The position numbers were made by a program, and so were the translations under genes. A DNA stretch of 64,000 nucleotides. It comes from the human T2T-CHM13v2.0 reference genome, Homo sapiens. This document shows, piece by piece, positions 43,263 to 61,458 of the stretch (within the stretch, counting starts at the first letter, position 1; each line of letters starts with the position of its first letter). The stretch lies in NCBI RefSeq assembly GCF_009914755.1, contig NC_060931.1. One strand, given 5' to 3'. The notes beneath the pieces were generated by a model. That model searched no databases. It was not told where the DNA came from and saw nothing but the letters and a program-made list of their open reading frames with translations.

Positions 43263-46200
43263 CTCTATTCTTTTGAGAACTGCAAAAGACTCCTTAAAGG
43301 AACTTAACCCATGCAAGTCCTGGTCCATTACCAGGGAAGCAGTGTCTGGGAAAGATCCAGGAAGTATCAGAGATAGAAAACATGACTGCTACAGAAAGAA
43401 TCTTCTAGAACTCAGCTGACACAAACCACCTGGCTGTCAACCTACAGGTGGTAGGCAATGCATAGGTGAATGCAGTCCCCAGAGTCATGGCTTGGGAAAC
43501 AGGACATTACAATGGTGTCCTGGAGGCATCCAGGCATGGATGCAGTTATAGCAACCCTCTGGCCTCATTCACTGACCCAACAAAATGTGTGAACCCCCAA
43601 AATTTGCCAGTACAGTGCTTGTTTCGACAGACGTTTGTGCTCCAGAAGATGCCATAGTGGTTGGTTAGAAGAGGCCTTTATAGACTAACGACTGCGTGCA
43701 GGGTTTTTAACAGACCTCAGTGTCCTGCCACATGTTCCTGCATCTGCCTCAGCCCCCACCTCCTCACCAAAGGCACAAGAGCCAAGCACATTATCACCAA
43801 ATGCCCAGCCTCTTTACAGTGCCCAGTACACCATGTGATCAGCTCTCCAGGCAGGAAGACCCAGCTTTGGGTCTCCCAAGTCTGAAGCTTATCAGGGAGT
43901 ATTTTTCATGCTGAGCTGTGATGCATCAAAAGATGCAGAAGCCAAGAATTAAGCAGAAGGAGATGAGTAGCCTGATCTGTTGGGGCAACAGATCAAGAAG
44001 AAGAGACTAAGAAGGTCACCCAAAGCAGGAGACCCCTTGAATCAATCCTTAGCAGCCCAAGTTTAATGCCGGGAAATCAAACTGCCAGAAATGCCCTACA
44101 GAGCCTTTTCAGACTTGGCATATTGCCTGGGTGCTGCACTGAGGGTTTCGCTCAATTTTTATATCACTTTCGTATAAAAGGATTAACTAGAAGGCTTTTA
44201 AAGTCTTTTCTTTCACTATCCAAAATGTCCTTCCAGAGTATCATTAGGTCTTTTATTTTCTTGGCTTGGCAAACTATCCCGCTTCCCCTTCCATAAATCG
44301 TGGCCTGTAAATAAGAGATTCCTCTTGCAGACTTCCCAACTGCATTTTTTTGTCATTACAAAAACTGCTTTCGTTTAAATAATCTGTTGAAAAATACACT
44401 GAAATCATTACATACTAATTCCTGCTAAAACATGTTCCCCAACAGTAGTTCACTAGAGAAACTGAAGAGGGAGAGAAGGAAGGGAGAGGGAGACCTGCTA
44501 TTTCAGCCCCTTGATGTAAAACATTTGCCACATCTTTCCATACATTGACTCAGCCCCTAAATTCTCCTCTGCAGTTTGTGCTTTCTGTCCATCTTCCTGG
44601 GTAGAGACCTACTGCAGCTATTGGAAATTTGAGCAATTAACCTAGTCAAACAGGGTTCAAATGGTATAAGACATTTCAGACATTTTCTGTGGGTTTGTAT
44701 AGTTGCGCTCCACTGGGATAAAACCAGATGATAATTTTCAGTTTAATTCCATTCAACAAATCTTAATTGAGACCTTAACTGTGCCAGGTACCATGATACA
44801 TAAATGCTGTTTGTAAGCAGAGCAGAAGTTTGCAGCAGGAAATTTCAGGCTAGCCACTGTCAGCCCAATCCACGTTTTCACTCTTCAATTCAGAATGGGT
44901 TTTTAGGCCTAGGGTTCTGAGTGTGATGTAAGAAACTAGACATGCCAGTCTATGGATAGGAATTCATTAGACTCTCAGGTGGACTGACCTCCACTAGTCC
45001 TTGTACAAAGGACTTTTAGCATCTTAGCAGCTGTCCTATACAGTAGGTGCCAATATGATTCCCATTTTGCAGGCAAGTTAACTGATATTAAACAGGTGTC
45101 CCAAAGTCACACAGGTCACAAGATCCAAACCAAGGCAGCCTAACATCAGACCTTGTGATATCATCCTCCACAGCACATTGCCTTCCTTGAATTGTTGGCA
45201 AATGGCCCGAAGAAGAGTCAAGTCAACAAACAGCAATGCGCTGAAGGGGAGGGTTGAGTCTTTTTGGGGCCTTTAAGCCACTTGGGAAGATGGGCTGGAA
45301 ATGTGTGAAACTCAATTACCTTTTGAACTCTCACTAAAATGTGCAAAACCCAGATGGAACTATGAGAAATCCTTGCCAATAACATTAGCTCCCTTCAGAT
45401 CTCCTGCCGTAAGAGCCCTCCATGTGTTTTTGAAAGGTCAGAGTGGCTGTAGTTTTCTTCAGCGTAGGTCAAGTTCATCTCCCAGACATCTGGGGAGGTG
45501 CTGATGTGCGCGCACCAAGAGTGACATTTGCTCATTCCCAGTTCACAGTCCCAGTGCACACTGGGTCCAGGCTTCCCCTCAGGATCTATGAGCAGAAGGA
45601 TAAGGATGAAAAACATATATGTTTCCATCAGAGGGGAAACGGCTGAACCAAGCATAGAGCATTCCTAAAAAGAAATATTTTGCAGTGTATTAAAGGATAA
45701 TGAAAACCACTATTTGCATGTATCGAGGGTGTCCGTACTGTACCGTGGTGGGAACATGATGGCACAGAGGTCCCATCTACGTATGTATGCCCCTGCTCTC
45801 ACCAACTGGTAATCAGGGGAAGAGTCATCTCAGGGCCATAAATGTCACCTTGGGTGACAGAGTTGACTCACTTTTTTAAAAATATTTTATATATCACTTG
45901 TATTTTACTTTACACTAAAAAATACCAATTCTGTTATTTTTCTTTGGCAGGAGGGAAGGGGTTGATGATACCAAAAACAAAAACTTGCAACATACTAAAA
46001 CCAAGGATATGAAAATAACTTATATCAGAGTCCAGGAATGTTCCCACAAACCACAGAGTTGTGGTTTGGATTGAGGAATCTAACCATGAACTGTCTGTGC
46101 TCTTCATCTGAAGGAAAACAGAGCATGCTTTCCACACCAAGGAGACTTGGACTTCATTGATCCTCAATAGAAAGGATTTGGTTGTTGTTGTTAAATGTGG

Positions 46201-48899
46201 GTTCTTGGTATTTTGCTATATTGCTAATCTTTCTGTGGTCTCAGGTCTAAATGGGTGGAAACACATCTCTAATTGATAAATAAATAGAAAAATATGCTTT
46301 ATGTGTTTCTTAAAAGTCAGGAATATGTCTTACGGTGATGGCATGTCAGAATCTCCTGGGAGGTTTCAAATTACACCGAAAACATTGCCAGAGAGAGAGA
46401 CTCTTCCCCCTCCACTGCCCAGGGGAGGCTCCATTCCTGACCCATCTGGGTGTGGCTAGAATGGGGAAAAGGCTGGGACCCACCACCCGCTGCTGGGAGG
46501 TTACATGGGCTGACCCGCCTTGCCTCCTCTCCTCAGCCACGTGTGCATGTGCACCTGCTGGGTACCTGGGAGCTGAGGTCTCTCTTGTGAAGAGGAGTTG
46601 AAGGGCACCCATCGTTGGAACTTAGACACACATGGGAAACAGCAGAAAGCAGATTCTGAGCAGGGACCTGGGGGCCCTTCAGATACAATGGCCCCCATGA
46701 GAAGCAGAAGAATGGCCTAGGGAGCCAGGGTGCCCAACACAGCCTGAGGGGTAGAGGTGAACATGGTAGCTGTTCCCTCCACCCACCAGGCCCTGGCTGC
46801 CCTAGGGATTAAAGGACGGTGAGCAAACTTCAAAAGCAGTCCCTGTAAACTCTTAGGGCCCAGGCAACTCCTCCGCGAGGCCCCTCTAAGACAGCAGGAC
46901 AACACGGAGGAGCCACTCCCTCCTGGCAAAGTAAAACTGAGCACAGGCCAGGAAAAAGCACAGATGCGGGGCTGCAGCCTGGGCAGGCAGCGGCGGCACC
47001 AGCACAGGCAGCGCATGAACCACACGTCTGTGATGTGCTGAGTTGCAGAGGCTGAGACGGTAGAAGCTGCGTTCAAGCATGGCCGCCAGAATGTCAGCGC
47101 AGAAAAAGAGGGGAGCAGTGCTACACCCCAGGAGCAGGGGTGGCCTGCAACATCGGTCGAGACTCCTGAGATCCATGGAGAGAAAGAAGTGAGCAAAGCC
47201 CTGCAAGCTCACACACACAGGCTCTCGAACGGGGCCCTGGGGCCCGGTATTTAAGTAACAGATTCACACCCACAGGCAGAGGGAGCGGCTCCGCTACTCC
47301 TGTAGGGTCTTATTTTACTTTATCCTCTGAACTCTATTTATGCCAAGTAACTTAGCTCGAAACCTCAGCATTTAATTTTGCTTAAATTATTGGGATAGTT
47401 TCTTCATACCTAGACACACTATCTTAGATCCAGAGACTAAGGAAAAGTATTTTCTTTCTGTCTCATACTTCCTCCTCGTTTGTGACCTGTGTTAACAGCT
47501 AATGTAATCAACTTCCCCACAGGCAATTGTTTAGTTTAGGGGAGATAAATATACAAGATAAATAAAGGAGGTGCACCATTACTAGAAGGTGTTTTCTCAT
47601 TCATGGAATTGCACACACAGCAATTCATCAGCTATTGTTTTATTTTCCTTCAGCTATTGTTTTAGATTTGAATTGTACAGTTGCTGTATTTTGCTTTATA
47701 CAAATATGCCCCAGATCATAGTTCATGGCTCTGGAATATATTTTATGGTATATATGGGACTGGCTTAGAGTCATCCCGTCTGTGGTTATGTAAAGCCAAA
47801 CCACGTTATCATAGCTTTGTTGCACAGTTATTTTTTTTAAAAAAGCTATGGCTTGTTTGTTGCCCATGTCAGTCCGAGAAACCAGTGTAATTCTGACTTT
47901 GGAAATTCCACCTTATGGTCTTCCCAATTCAAAGCAAATATACAATTCTCTGTTGGCAGTCTGCGCTGCAGTCCCCTGGGCTAGGAAACCCCGTCGCCAC
48001 ACCCCCTGGTTGAGAGGCATGCAACAGTGATCCCACCCGCTGGTTGAGAGTGGTCCTTGCTGCAAAGTGGTCCTTGCTGCAAAGTACTCGAGACTCAGAT
48101 TTCTTCCCTGGTTGCTCATGATTGATCCGGTGGGCATCCAACCTGAGTTAGAACAGTTAGAGAATCATGCTGAAAATTTAGACCTAGGTCAGAGGGAGTC
48201 AAGTTGGTCTCTCTTGCGCTTGAACTCTGGTATGTAAACCACAGGAGGTGTTGGCAGTGAGAGAGGAGAAATGAGCTTAGAGGAGCCAAAGGGAGAAACT
48301 GGATGAGGGAGGGCGATATCACTCATGTCCCTGGAGTTCCTGAGGCCCAACTGCATTCCTGACCCTGGATTCCTTGAGATACCACTGTGGCCTTAGAGGG
48401 CTTAAGCTGGTTGAAGATTACCTGAACCAAAATATATCTAATTAGCACAAGAGATGTTGGTAGCTAACATAAAAAACTAATAGCAAAAATAGGTAACAAT
48501 TAAATAGTGAAGTTTTCCAGAAGAAGAAACTGAGAAGAGGGAGGTTAAATGCTTGCACAAGATCACACACCAGGCAGCCTGGCCCCAGAACCCAGAGTAG
48601 CAACCTCTCCATCGCTCACATCTCAAAATAGACACAGAGGAAAAGGCCTGGTCTGGTGTCAGGCAGATGTGGGTCAGTTTCCTCGCTGAACCACTTGCCT
48701 GGGGCTAATTATTGACCCTCGGTTTCTTAATCTGCAAAATGGAGATGACCAAAACCATAAAATAGAATTGTTGCAAGGGTCAATGAGATATTGTAAATAA
48801 CGTGCCCTTTACCCAGTAGGCATTTGATAAAAGTTACTTCTAATCTGTTTCCAATTTTTCATTTATAATTAACCGCGGTGACTAGAACTGACAGAATAT

Positions 48900-49650
48900 T
48901 GTGAAGAGTGGTAGTAACAAGCATCAGTATTTTTACTGTTAAATATATTGCTGAGATAGATGTGCTTTATTTTGTTAAGGAAGCATTGTTCTATTGCTGG
49001 TTTACTACAAAGATTTTTTTTTCTCCAGAAATTGGTGATGGATATTTTCAAGTAACTTTCCAGTTTGTAACCAAAAAAAAGTGGTATGATTTTTGTCTTT
49101 TGACCTTATACTTGATTTTAGTAATAGAATTTTTAATACTGAACTATCCTTATCTAATTGAACATCCTTAATCATTTTGCATTATTCTGGGAATGAACTA
49201 GTAGGTTCAATTCTCTTGTGTTAATTTAGGATTTATGTACAAGTGCAATTTCTCTAGTTTTCTTTCTTGTTGTATCTTTTCCAGGTTCCACTTTGTGTTT
49301 ATGGTAGCTCACAATGATGAATTAAGAAGTTTTCCACCCTTTTCTGATTTCTGGAACTGTTGAAATAGCAGAAAGGTTTACTGTCCTTGAGTTTTTGAAA
49401 GAACATGTCTTTAAAAATATGTATATCCAGTCCCAGTATCAATTTTGGAGATAGTCCTTTCTCCTCAAAGTTTCCTACTTGGCACTGTGGTTATCGGTCT
49501 ATTTAAGTTTTCTACATCTTCCTGAATAAATTTGAATAATTTTTATTTTGCTAGAAAATTTGTAATTCATTGAGATATTTAATTTTTTAGCACTAAGCTG
49601 AAAATAGTAATCTCATTTAATGTTATCATTTATTTCATATCTGCATATAT
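48900..49650 (-). mobile_element. Old L1 (L1M) remnant
   Basis: T-rich, diverged L1 ORF2 antisense signatures. Confidence 0.55.
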
Positions 49651-51044
49651 TTACTACCTGCTTTGATTCCCAGCTCTCTTTACTGGACCCTCAGGGGCCA
49701 CCTCTAAGTGCGGAAGCCACGGGCCCATCACCTCTGTGCTGACCTTTAGTCTTTTCCTGGTTTGGATCATCTCGGTCATCTCGACCTAGATGGCCACAAC
49801 CCTACTATCATGTTAGAAGCATTGGTTACAATGCCCTAGAGTCTATTTAGAGTAGGTGAGCCAATCTTCTATTGGAGTAGAAGATAACTGTTTTTATACA
49901 CAGGTTGTGGTTACTGTCTTGGAGACTGGTCAGTTATGGGGTGGTCGGGAAAGGGCACCCAGGAATGAAGCACTGGTGGGGTACCCAGGCCCAAGGACCC
50001 ATTGTCCCAGAAGCCCCCTATCCACAGTGCCCCATAGCACTTTCACTGAGGTTTTGTTTGACTCTAGTCTCTTCAGAGTCAATAACACTAGCATGTTATT
50101 TCATGGAAAAAGAATCAACTACTTCAAACATACCAATTTGAAGTGTTTTTATAAATATATTTATTCTGTGGAATCAGATAATCTATTCATTTTAACATCT
50201 TTATAGCAGCTATAGAGTAGGAAACCCTCTGAGTCTAAAAAGAGCCACATAAAAGGCATTGGAGATAGATTAGTTGGAAATTCCACCAGGGAGGATCTGA
50301 GAAAATTCACCACTAAATCCCCGATAAGGTGAAAACCTACTTAGAGTGGACACCAGGAAGACTCCAGTTATGAAAGTAGGTGCCAGAGATAGGCAAGGCC
50401 CACATGGTGGGGAAAGCATAGGATGCTAGACCAGGCAGGCAAGAAGCTGGTTTAGGAGCAGGCAACAATGGAACCAAGCCCAGGTAGCCTCAGCATTTTG
50501 CTAAGCAGGTTACTTGCAAAATGCTCAGGAAGTCAATGCTCCGACAAGCATTTAAATCAGTAAAGGCACTTACATCTGGAGGTGGCCAGATCTGTATGGC
50601 CAGTTCTTCCTAGCAGTGACCTCGTTCTGTCTTTTATGTGGCTGGCAATTTTAAAGAGTGATGTTCATTCAGCTTATCTCTTACCATATTGTGATTCTAT
50701 GTAACTCTTCCCCACTATCTGCAAGCACAACTGCCATATGGGCTCCATACTCAAACCCTCCACCTGCCAGCATGGACCTTAGGTAATGTAGATAAAATGC
50801 TTGAATGGGTAAGGACGCACATCCAGAAAGCCCTCTGTGTCACTGGATCTGGGTCCTCTTCCAGTTCAGTGTGGGCTTTTTATCTAAGATTTCTGAATTC
50901 CCCTTCCCAGTGCTTTTCTCTTCTTGGGTCCTCATTCTCCACGGTCTGAAAAAGGTTCTGGAAAAATGACTCGAGTCTGCTACATGGCTGGAAGAGGAGG
51001 CTTCCTTTAGTCCCTAACAAGCACACAGGGATTGTTCATGGTAA

Positions 51045-51305
<261 letters not shown>

Positions 51306-51858
51306 TAAGTGCTTTGCAGACCATGCTTCCAACCCAGCCCTGTCTGCAGGGCAAGGACACCGACCTCTCTGGTGCCACTGACCCTTTTGTCACTATTTTG
51401 CCCTAACCATTCCTGTTAGGGTTATGGTGGCTTCCTGTTCTGAGTGCTTAGATATCACTTACATTTTTTAGCACAATAAAAAGGTATTTGGGGATTTTGT
51501 TGTTGTTGTAAGGGAAGATTCTATTATCAAAATCTCATATCATGGAGATGAATCATTTTATATAAAATTATAATAATATTACAAACATTGCATTAAACTG
51601 TTAAGTAGAACTGATCTGTTTATAGCATAACTGTTTTAAAATGATAGTTTTCTCCAATTTTCATGCAGAGTCCCTGAGTCAATAGTTATTTCATGTTTGT
51701 TATTGTAAACAATTTCACATTTCCTTTTCAAAGGAAAATCATTGAATGAACTAAAATGACTGAATAATCTGATTCATCAGTGGATTCAAAAGTATCCAAT
51801 TGTTAGGATAAGTCTGTGATGTTTTAGCCAGGAATGATATAACCACATTTTGAAGTGA

Positions 51859-52790
<932 letters not shown>

Positions 52791-53539
52791 TGTTTTTAAA
52801 TTAGCGAATAAGGGATCTCATTCATTCAAACCAATTCCTTGGGAACTACTTCCTTTAATAAATCTGCCCGTGTCCTCTTTCTTCTTTTTCTTGTTATGAC
52901 CTGGATCTACTTTATGGAGTTTTTTGAAAATCAGATATGATAATGGATCAGAAAGCATTTTTGTGAAGTACGTCATACATACGTCAGGGATTTCTGCTAT
53001 CTGTGCCATTACAGAAATGATTCTTTTTATCACATCCAGATAGCTACTCCTCCAAAATACATATATCTCAACACTAAATAATAAGATAAAGTTTCCCATT
53101 TGTTTTCTACTAGCATTTATATAACATCAAATCTTCGGATCAAATGGGTTACAATTTTAACAGAAAATAACCATAGCCTGAGTAGATTTAACAAACAAGG
53201 TTTGGGGAACCTCATTTTCTAGACCTAAAGTCTGTGACATAAGGTAATTCGTAACAGCGGTTGTTGTGATAGTTAAATCAGAATGCTTTAGAGGTGCCTC
53301 ACATCAATGTGGACAGTGCACTGGGTCGCTGCATGAGAATGAATGAATGCTGCAGGCCACCAAGCACCGCATCCCAGTCAAGAATCTTGGTTAGGTCCTG
53401 GAAAATGTCAACATTCTGTTGTATTTCTTCTGTAAAAACATGCCTCTGAAGAATGCTGTCTTACGTATTTGAGAAAAAAATATTTCTTCCTACAACTCTG
53501 GAGAGCACATTTAAATATGTTCAAGAATATGCTACTCAT

Positions 53540-53856
<317 letters not shown>

Positions 53857-53989
53857 CTACTCATTTAACTTCCCTGCCATGTACTCACTGAACAGGCAAA
53901 ATACACTGTTCTCTGTGCATGACTACTTTTAGCCCATCTTTCACATATGCCCTATTGTAGAGGGTAAGTTTGTAAAATATACACAATTA

Positions 53990-55370
53990 CTTAACAAACT
54001 GTATTAAGACAACTGGGTAGCCATCTGTAAAAGTTTTAAGTTAGATCCCTAACCTAACTCATGACACTAAATAAATTCCAGCTGGATCAGAAACCTGAAT
54101 GTAAAAATTTTTAAAAAAGGAAAAAAGAGATAATTTTTATTTTTAATCTTGCACTAAAGAATGCTGATACAGATATCGCACAAATTCTCAAAGTCATAGA
54201 AGTCATCTGACATAGTCAAATATTATTTTTAAATTTCTGCATGACAAACTATACTATAAACAAATTGAAAGCAACATAATGTTTAATACATAACATAAAG
54301 ACTATTTCTTTCAATATCAGAAGAGATCCCACAGATCAATAAGAAATTATCAGTCAACAACCTAATAGAAAAGTCACAAAGAATATAGATAGTTCCCAGA
54401 AAAGGAAAGACAAGGAGATAATCTCATTTACAATTTTTTAAAATAAATTAACGCTATAGTGAGATACCATTTTCCCTCATTAGAATGTCAAGAATCAGAA
54501 AATTTACCAGTATTTTGGGATGGTGTAGAGAAACAGACCTTCTTGTCCATTGTAGGTGGAAGTGTGATTCACTCTCTATGAAAGGCACTTTGGTGATATC
54601 GGTTCATATTTTAAATCACATGCCTTTGACTCAGCACACATGTCTAGAAATTTGTCCTACCGATACATTAACACCTAATTAAAATTACTAATATATTAGG
54701 ATCTTCATCACAGCCTTGTTGATAGTTGAAAAATATCTGTAACAGTCTAAATGTCCAGCAGTAGAGCACTGGTTAAATAAATGATACATTTACTAAATGA
54801 AGTAGTGAAATCATGTGGGGTTATTAAAAAGCATGAGGACACCCCAACCCCTCAATTCACATATAATCATGAGCAATAAACAGGGTACACTAACAACAAT
54901 AAAGAAAGAAAAACACAGGTCTAAATTGGCATGAAAAATGTCTAAGATATAGTTTTAAGAGAAAAAGGATAGTGAAGAACAGTGTGTAAAACACACTACT
55001 GTTTACAGGGAAAAAGAGTTTATGTTGATCAGGCACAGTGGCTCATGCCTGTAATCCCAGCACTGTGGGAGGCAGAGGTGGAAGGATCTCTTGAAGCCAG
55101 GAGTTCAAGACCAGCCTGGGCAACATAGCAAGACCCCATCTCTAAAAATTTTTAAAGGTGATATATATACATTCCCCAGCATATGCATAGAATCTCCCTG
55201 GAAGGGAAGTAGAGATGACTGTCTCCAGAAAGGGAGATTGCATGGCTGGGAGGTTAGGTGGGAGAAAAACTGACTTTTCATTTTATGGCCTTCTACACCA
55301 CTTGAATTTTATTCCATGGCCATATACTGTCTATTCAAGAAAACGAAGTCAACTACAAATAACTGAATGC
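53990..55370 (+). mobile_element. Old L1M remnant containing an Alu left monomer (about 55028-55155)
   Basis: acaactgggtagccatctg...taaattccagctggatc...gtgagataccattttccc...tctaaatgtccagcagtag. Confidence 0.7.
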
Positions 55371-55513
55371 ATAAAATTAGAGGAAAAAATAAAGTTGAAG
55401 ATACAGAAGAACAATCCTCTAGTGTAAAGTGTAGGAATTCGACAACTTAGAAAAAAAGCTTAAATGTTCCCAGTGCTAAAAATAAGAATGTGTTGTAGAT
55501 CTATAATAATGTA

Positions 55514-58459
<2,946 letters not shown>

Positions 58460-58589
58460 TATACCTGTTTAAAGTTTATCTCATTTCTCTTCAAAAGGGG
58501 GTCACCAAGAACAATGAGTGGTTTTAGAAGATTGAATTGCAGCCCTTCTTTTGTCAAGTTGTTAGACAGTGGAGAGCAGAGGGATGCAG

Positions 58590-59290
<701 letters not shown>

Positions 59291-60050
59291 CAGACATTCC
59301 AAAGAATATGGATGCTGGGTGGTAACAAGTATTTTATCATTAGCCAATATTTTATAATTGGCACTAATCACCTAAGTGATAAAAGAAAAAGTCACCATCA
59401 GACTACTTATGGACTGCTTTGTTTAGGTACCTGTGTCCACAAGTGCCAAACATATATGTATTTTTTTCTTTAAACCAGTAACTAAGTCCAGTGATGCCTC
59501 ATTTGTCTTGCAGCATTGAGCATTGCAGTGAGCCCTTAAGTGAATTTAAGATGACTGAAGATTACCCCCTTCATACATGAACATATTTTGATTTTTTAAA
59601 AAATGTCTAGCATGTTATCTACCTCCTTGCCTGTGAAAAGATGATACACAGATAATAGCCTTCCCTGATGACTCAAGCATGTCCTAACAAACAGGCATCA
59701 TCACACAAGTGGCAGCGCCATTTGCTGTGTGTGCCTACATGCTTCTGGTTCCCTTCCCAGGGTCAGGCTGCCCTGGCTGTGTAATATTATACCCCACCCT
59801 CTGCCAGAAGACCACTGTCTTCTGGCCAGCTGTGGGAGTGGAAGCTGATGGCTGTTAAGAATTTGCTGTCATTGAGATTTGGGGGCATCAAGTATGTGAT
59901 TGTAGTGTTGAGACATTCAGCTTCACCATTAGGGACAACCTAGGACATTTTCCTTTTATTTCCATTATGCCTCTTGAGTATAGGAAACTTGTTTCCTCTG
60001 TATAAAACAAAAACTGTAGCCTTTCCAAGGTGCTTAGCAATCTGCTTAGA

Positions 60051-60300
60051 GGTCGGGTGCAGTGGCTCCCAATACTTTGGAGTTGGGAGGATCAGTTAAG
60101 GCCAGGAGTTCAAGACTAGCCTGGGCAACATAGACCACATTCTACCAAAAAAAAAGAAGAAGAAGAAGAAAGAAAAAAAATTAACCAGGCGGAGTGGGGC
60201 TTGTCTGTGGTCCCAGCTACTCAGGAGGCTGAGGCAGGAGGGTCATTTGCCCCCAGGAATGCAGGGCTGCAATAAGCTATGATTGCACCACTGTGCTCCA
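60051..60300 (+). mobile_element. Tailless, internally deleted AluJ
   Basis: Ends at cactgtgctcca with no poly(A); 13-bp direct repeat caatctgcttaga at 60038-60050 and 60299-60311. Confidence 0.88.
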
Positions 60301-60486
60301 ATCTGCTTAGAACAGCCAGAGCTCTTTTAGTGACCTTTAGCAAGGAAAAAAGACTCCAGGGATAATAATGCTGAATAATGCCCTGTAGAGGATTTTTGGC
60401 ATACGGTCATCCCCCTAAAATCAGTGTGCCTCCCTGAGAGATAAGCAGAACTGACAAGCATCGCAATATTTCTGTTTTCCTACAAG

Positions 60487-60633
60487 GTCACGGAAAGGGA
60501 GTTGAAGTCTGGAGGAGCCAACACACAGGTGACGGAGAAAAACAAGAAGGAGTACATCGAGCGCATGGTGAAGTGGCGGGTGGAGCGCGGCGTGGTACAG
60601 CAGACCGAGGCGCTGGTGCGCGGCTTCTACGAG
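60487..60633 (+). CDS. HECW1: HECW1 coding exon, 147 nt ([49 protein letters not shown])
   Basis: Acceptor ttttcctacaag; donor GAG|gtgagg. Contains the ELK.GG and VTE.NK.EY HECT motifs. Confidence 0.97.
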
Positions 60634-61400
60634 GTGAGGCCCGGTGGCCTGGGGAAGGCAAGCTGTGGCCAGGGTGCTGCTTCACGGGGCCTCATCCTCC
60701 AGGCTCCCTGAGGGAGCAGCAGCTCAGGTGGTGAAAACAGAGAGGGAGAGCCAAGGTGGGCAGTGGGCTCAGCGAGTGCTCCTCACCAGGGAGTACTGAG
60801 GATCTTCTTGTGGTGGAGGGCTGAGGGGTCAGAGTTCTCTGGGAAACTCAACTCTTATGGGTGAAAAATGCTTTCAAGCAACTGGCATGTGACCCTGGCG
60901 TGCCAGACGTGAAAACATCTAGCATCTCTTGTCACAATATATGCAGCTGGTGTTTCCTTTCAGTCAATGAAACAAAAATAAGTGAAGTGAAGACATTGGG
61001 GGGTATTGTCCACTGTCACTAGAATTTTATTTTGTTATAGCATCATGTTGTGCCACGTATTCTATGCTGAGTGGTAAATGAGGAAGACAGGGAGGGCCGC
61101 TAGACATCCTATGATGTCCTTGAACTCCAGTTTAAAAACCAGAGGCTATAAACGTTTTCTCAGGTCTTGGGTCGTGGAAGGCTCTCCTTCCCTGCCAGAA
61201 TGGAGAAGTGCACTGGCCATGGTCTTGTCCACCACTGGTTTGATTAAAGGAGGTACCACCACAGGACCTCAGTTGTGCCTGGGTACACTTGGCACAAGAT
61301 GCAAAGTCAGAATGCAGAACCCTAACAAAACAAGTCTTCCCAGATCTCTAAGGAGGGAGGAAGGAAGTGAGAGAAGAAGAGAAGGAAAAGACAAATTTCC

Positions 61401-61458
61401 ACCCAGCTAGCTCAGTCCAGTGAGCATGAGGCTTTTAATCTTAGGGTCATGGTTTGAG
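61401..61458 (+). pseudogene. tRNA-Lys-derived retropseudogene, 3'-truncated
   Basis: acccagctagctcagtccagtgagcatgaggcttttaatcttagggtcatggtttgag aligns to tRNA-Lys(CTT) GCCCGGCTAGCTCAGTCGGTAGAGCATGAGACTCTTAATCTCAGGGTCGTGGGTTCGAG. It lacks the 3' T-stem and acceptor strand. Confidence 0.85.

Noticed and set aside
46990-47015. REST/NRSE-like cagcacaggcagcgc
   Set aside because: The half-site spacing is about 3 nt too short for a canonical RE1.
46717-47218. Minus-strand ORFs of 159 and 110 aa
   Set aside because: GC-rich sequence with few stops, non-ATG starts and no domain similarity. The plus-strand reading is reported as a finding instead.
59709-59728. CTCF-like motif (minus strand cagcaaatggcgctg), and a similar one at about 38745
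   Set aside because: Each misses a core position or the spacing of the CTCF consensus and cannot be supported without ChIP data.
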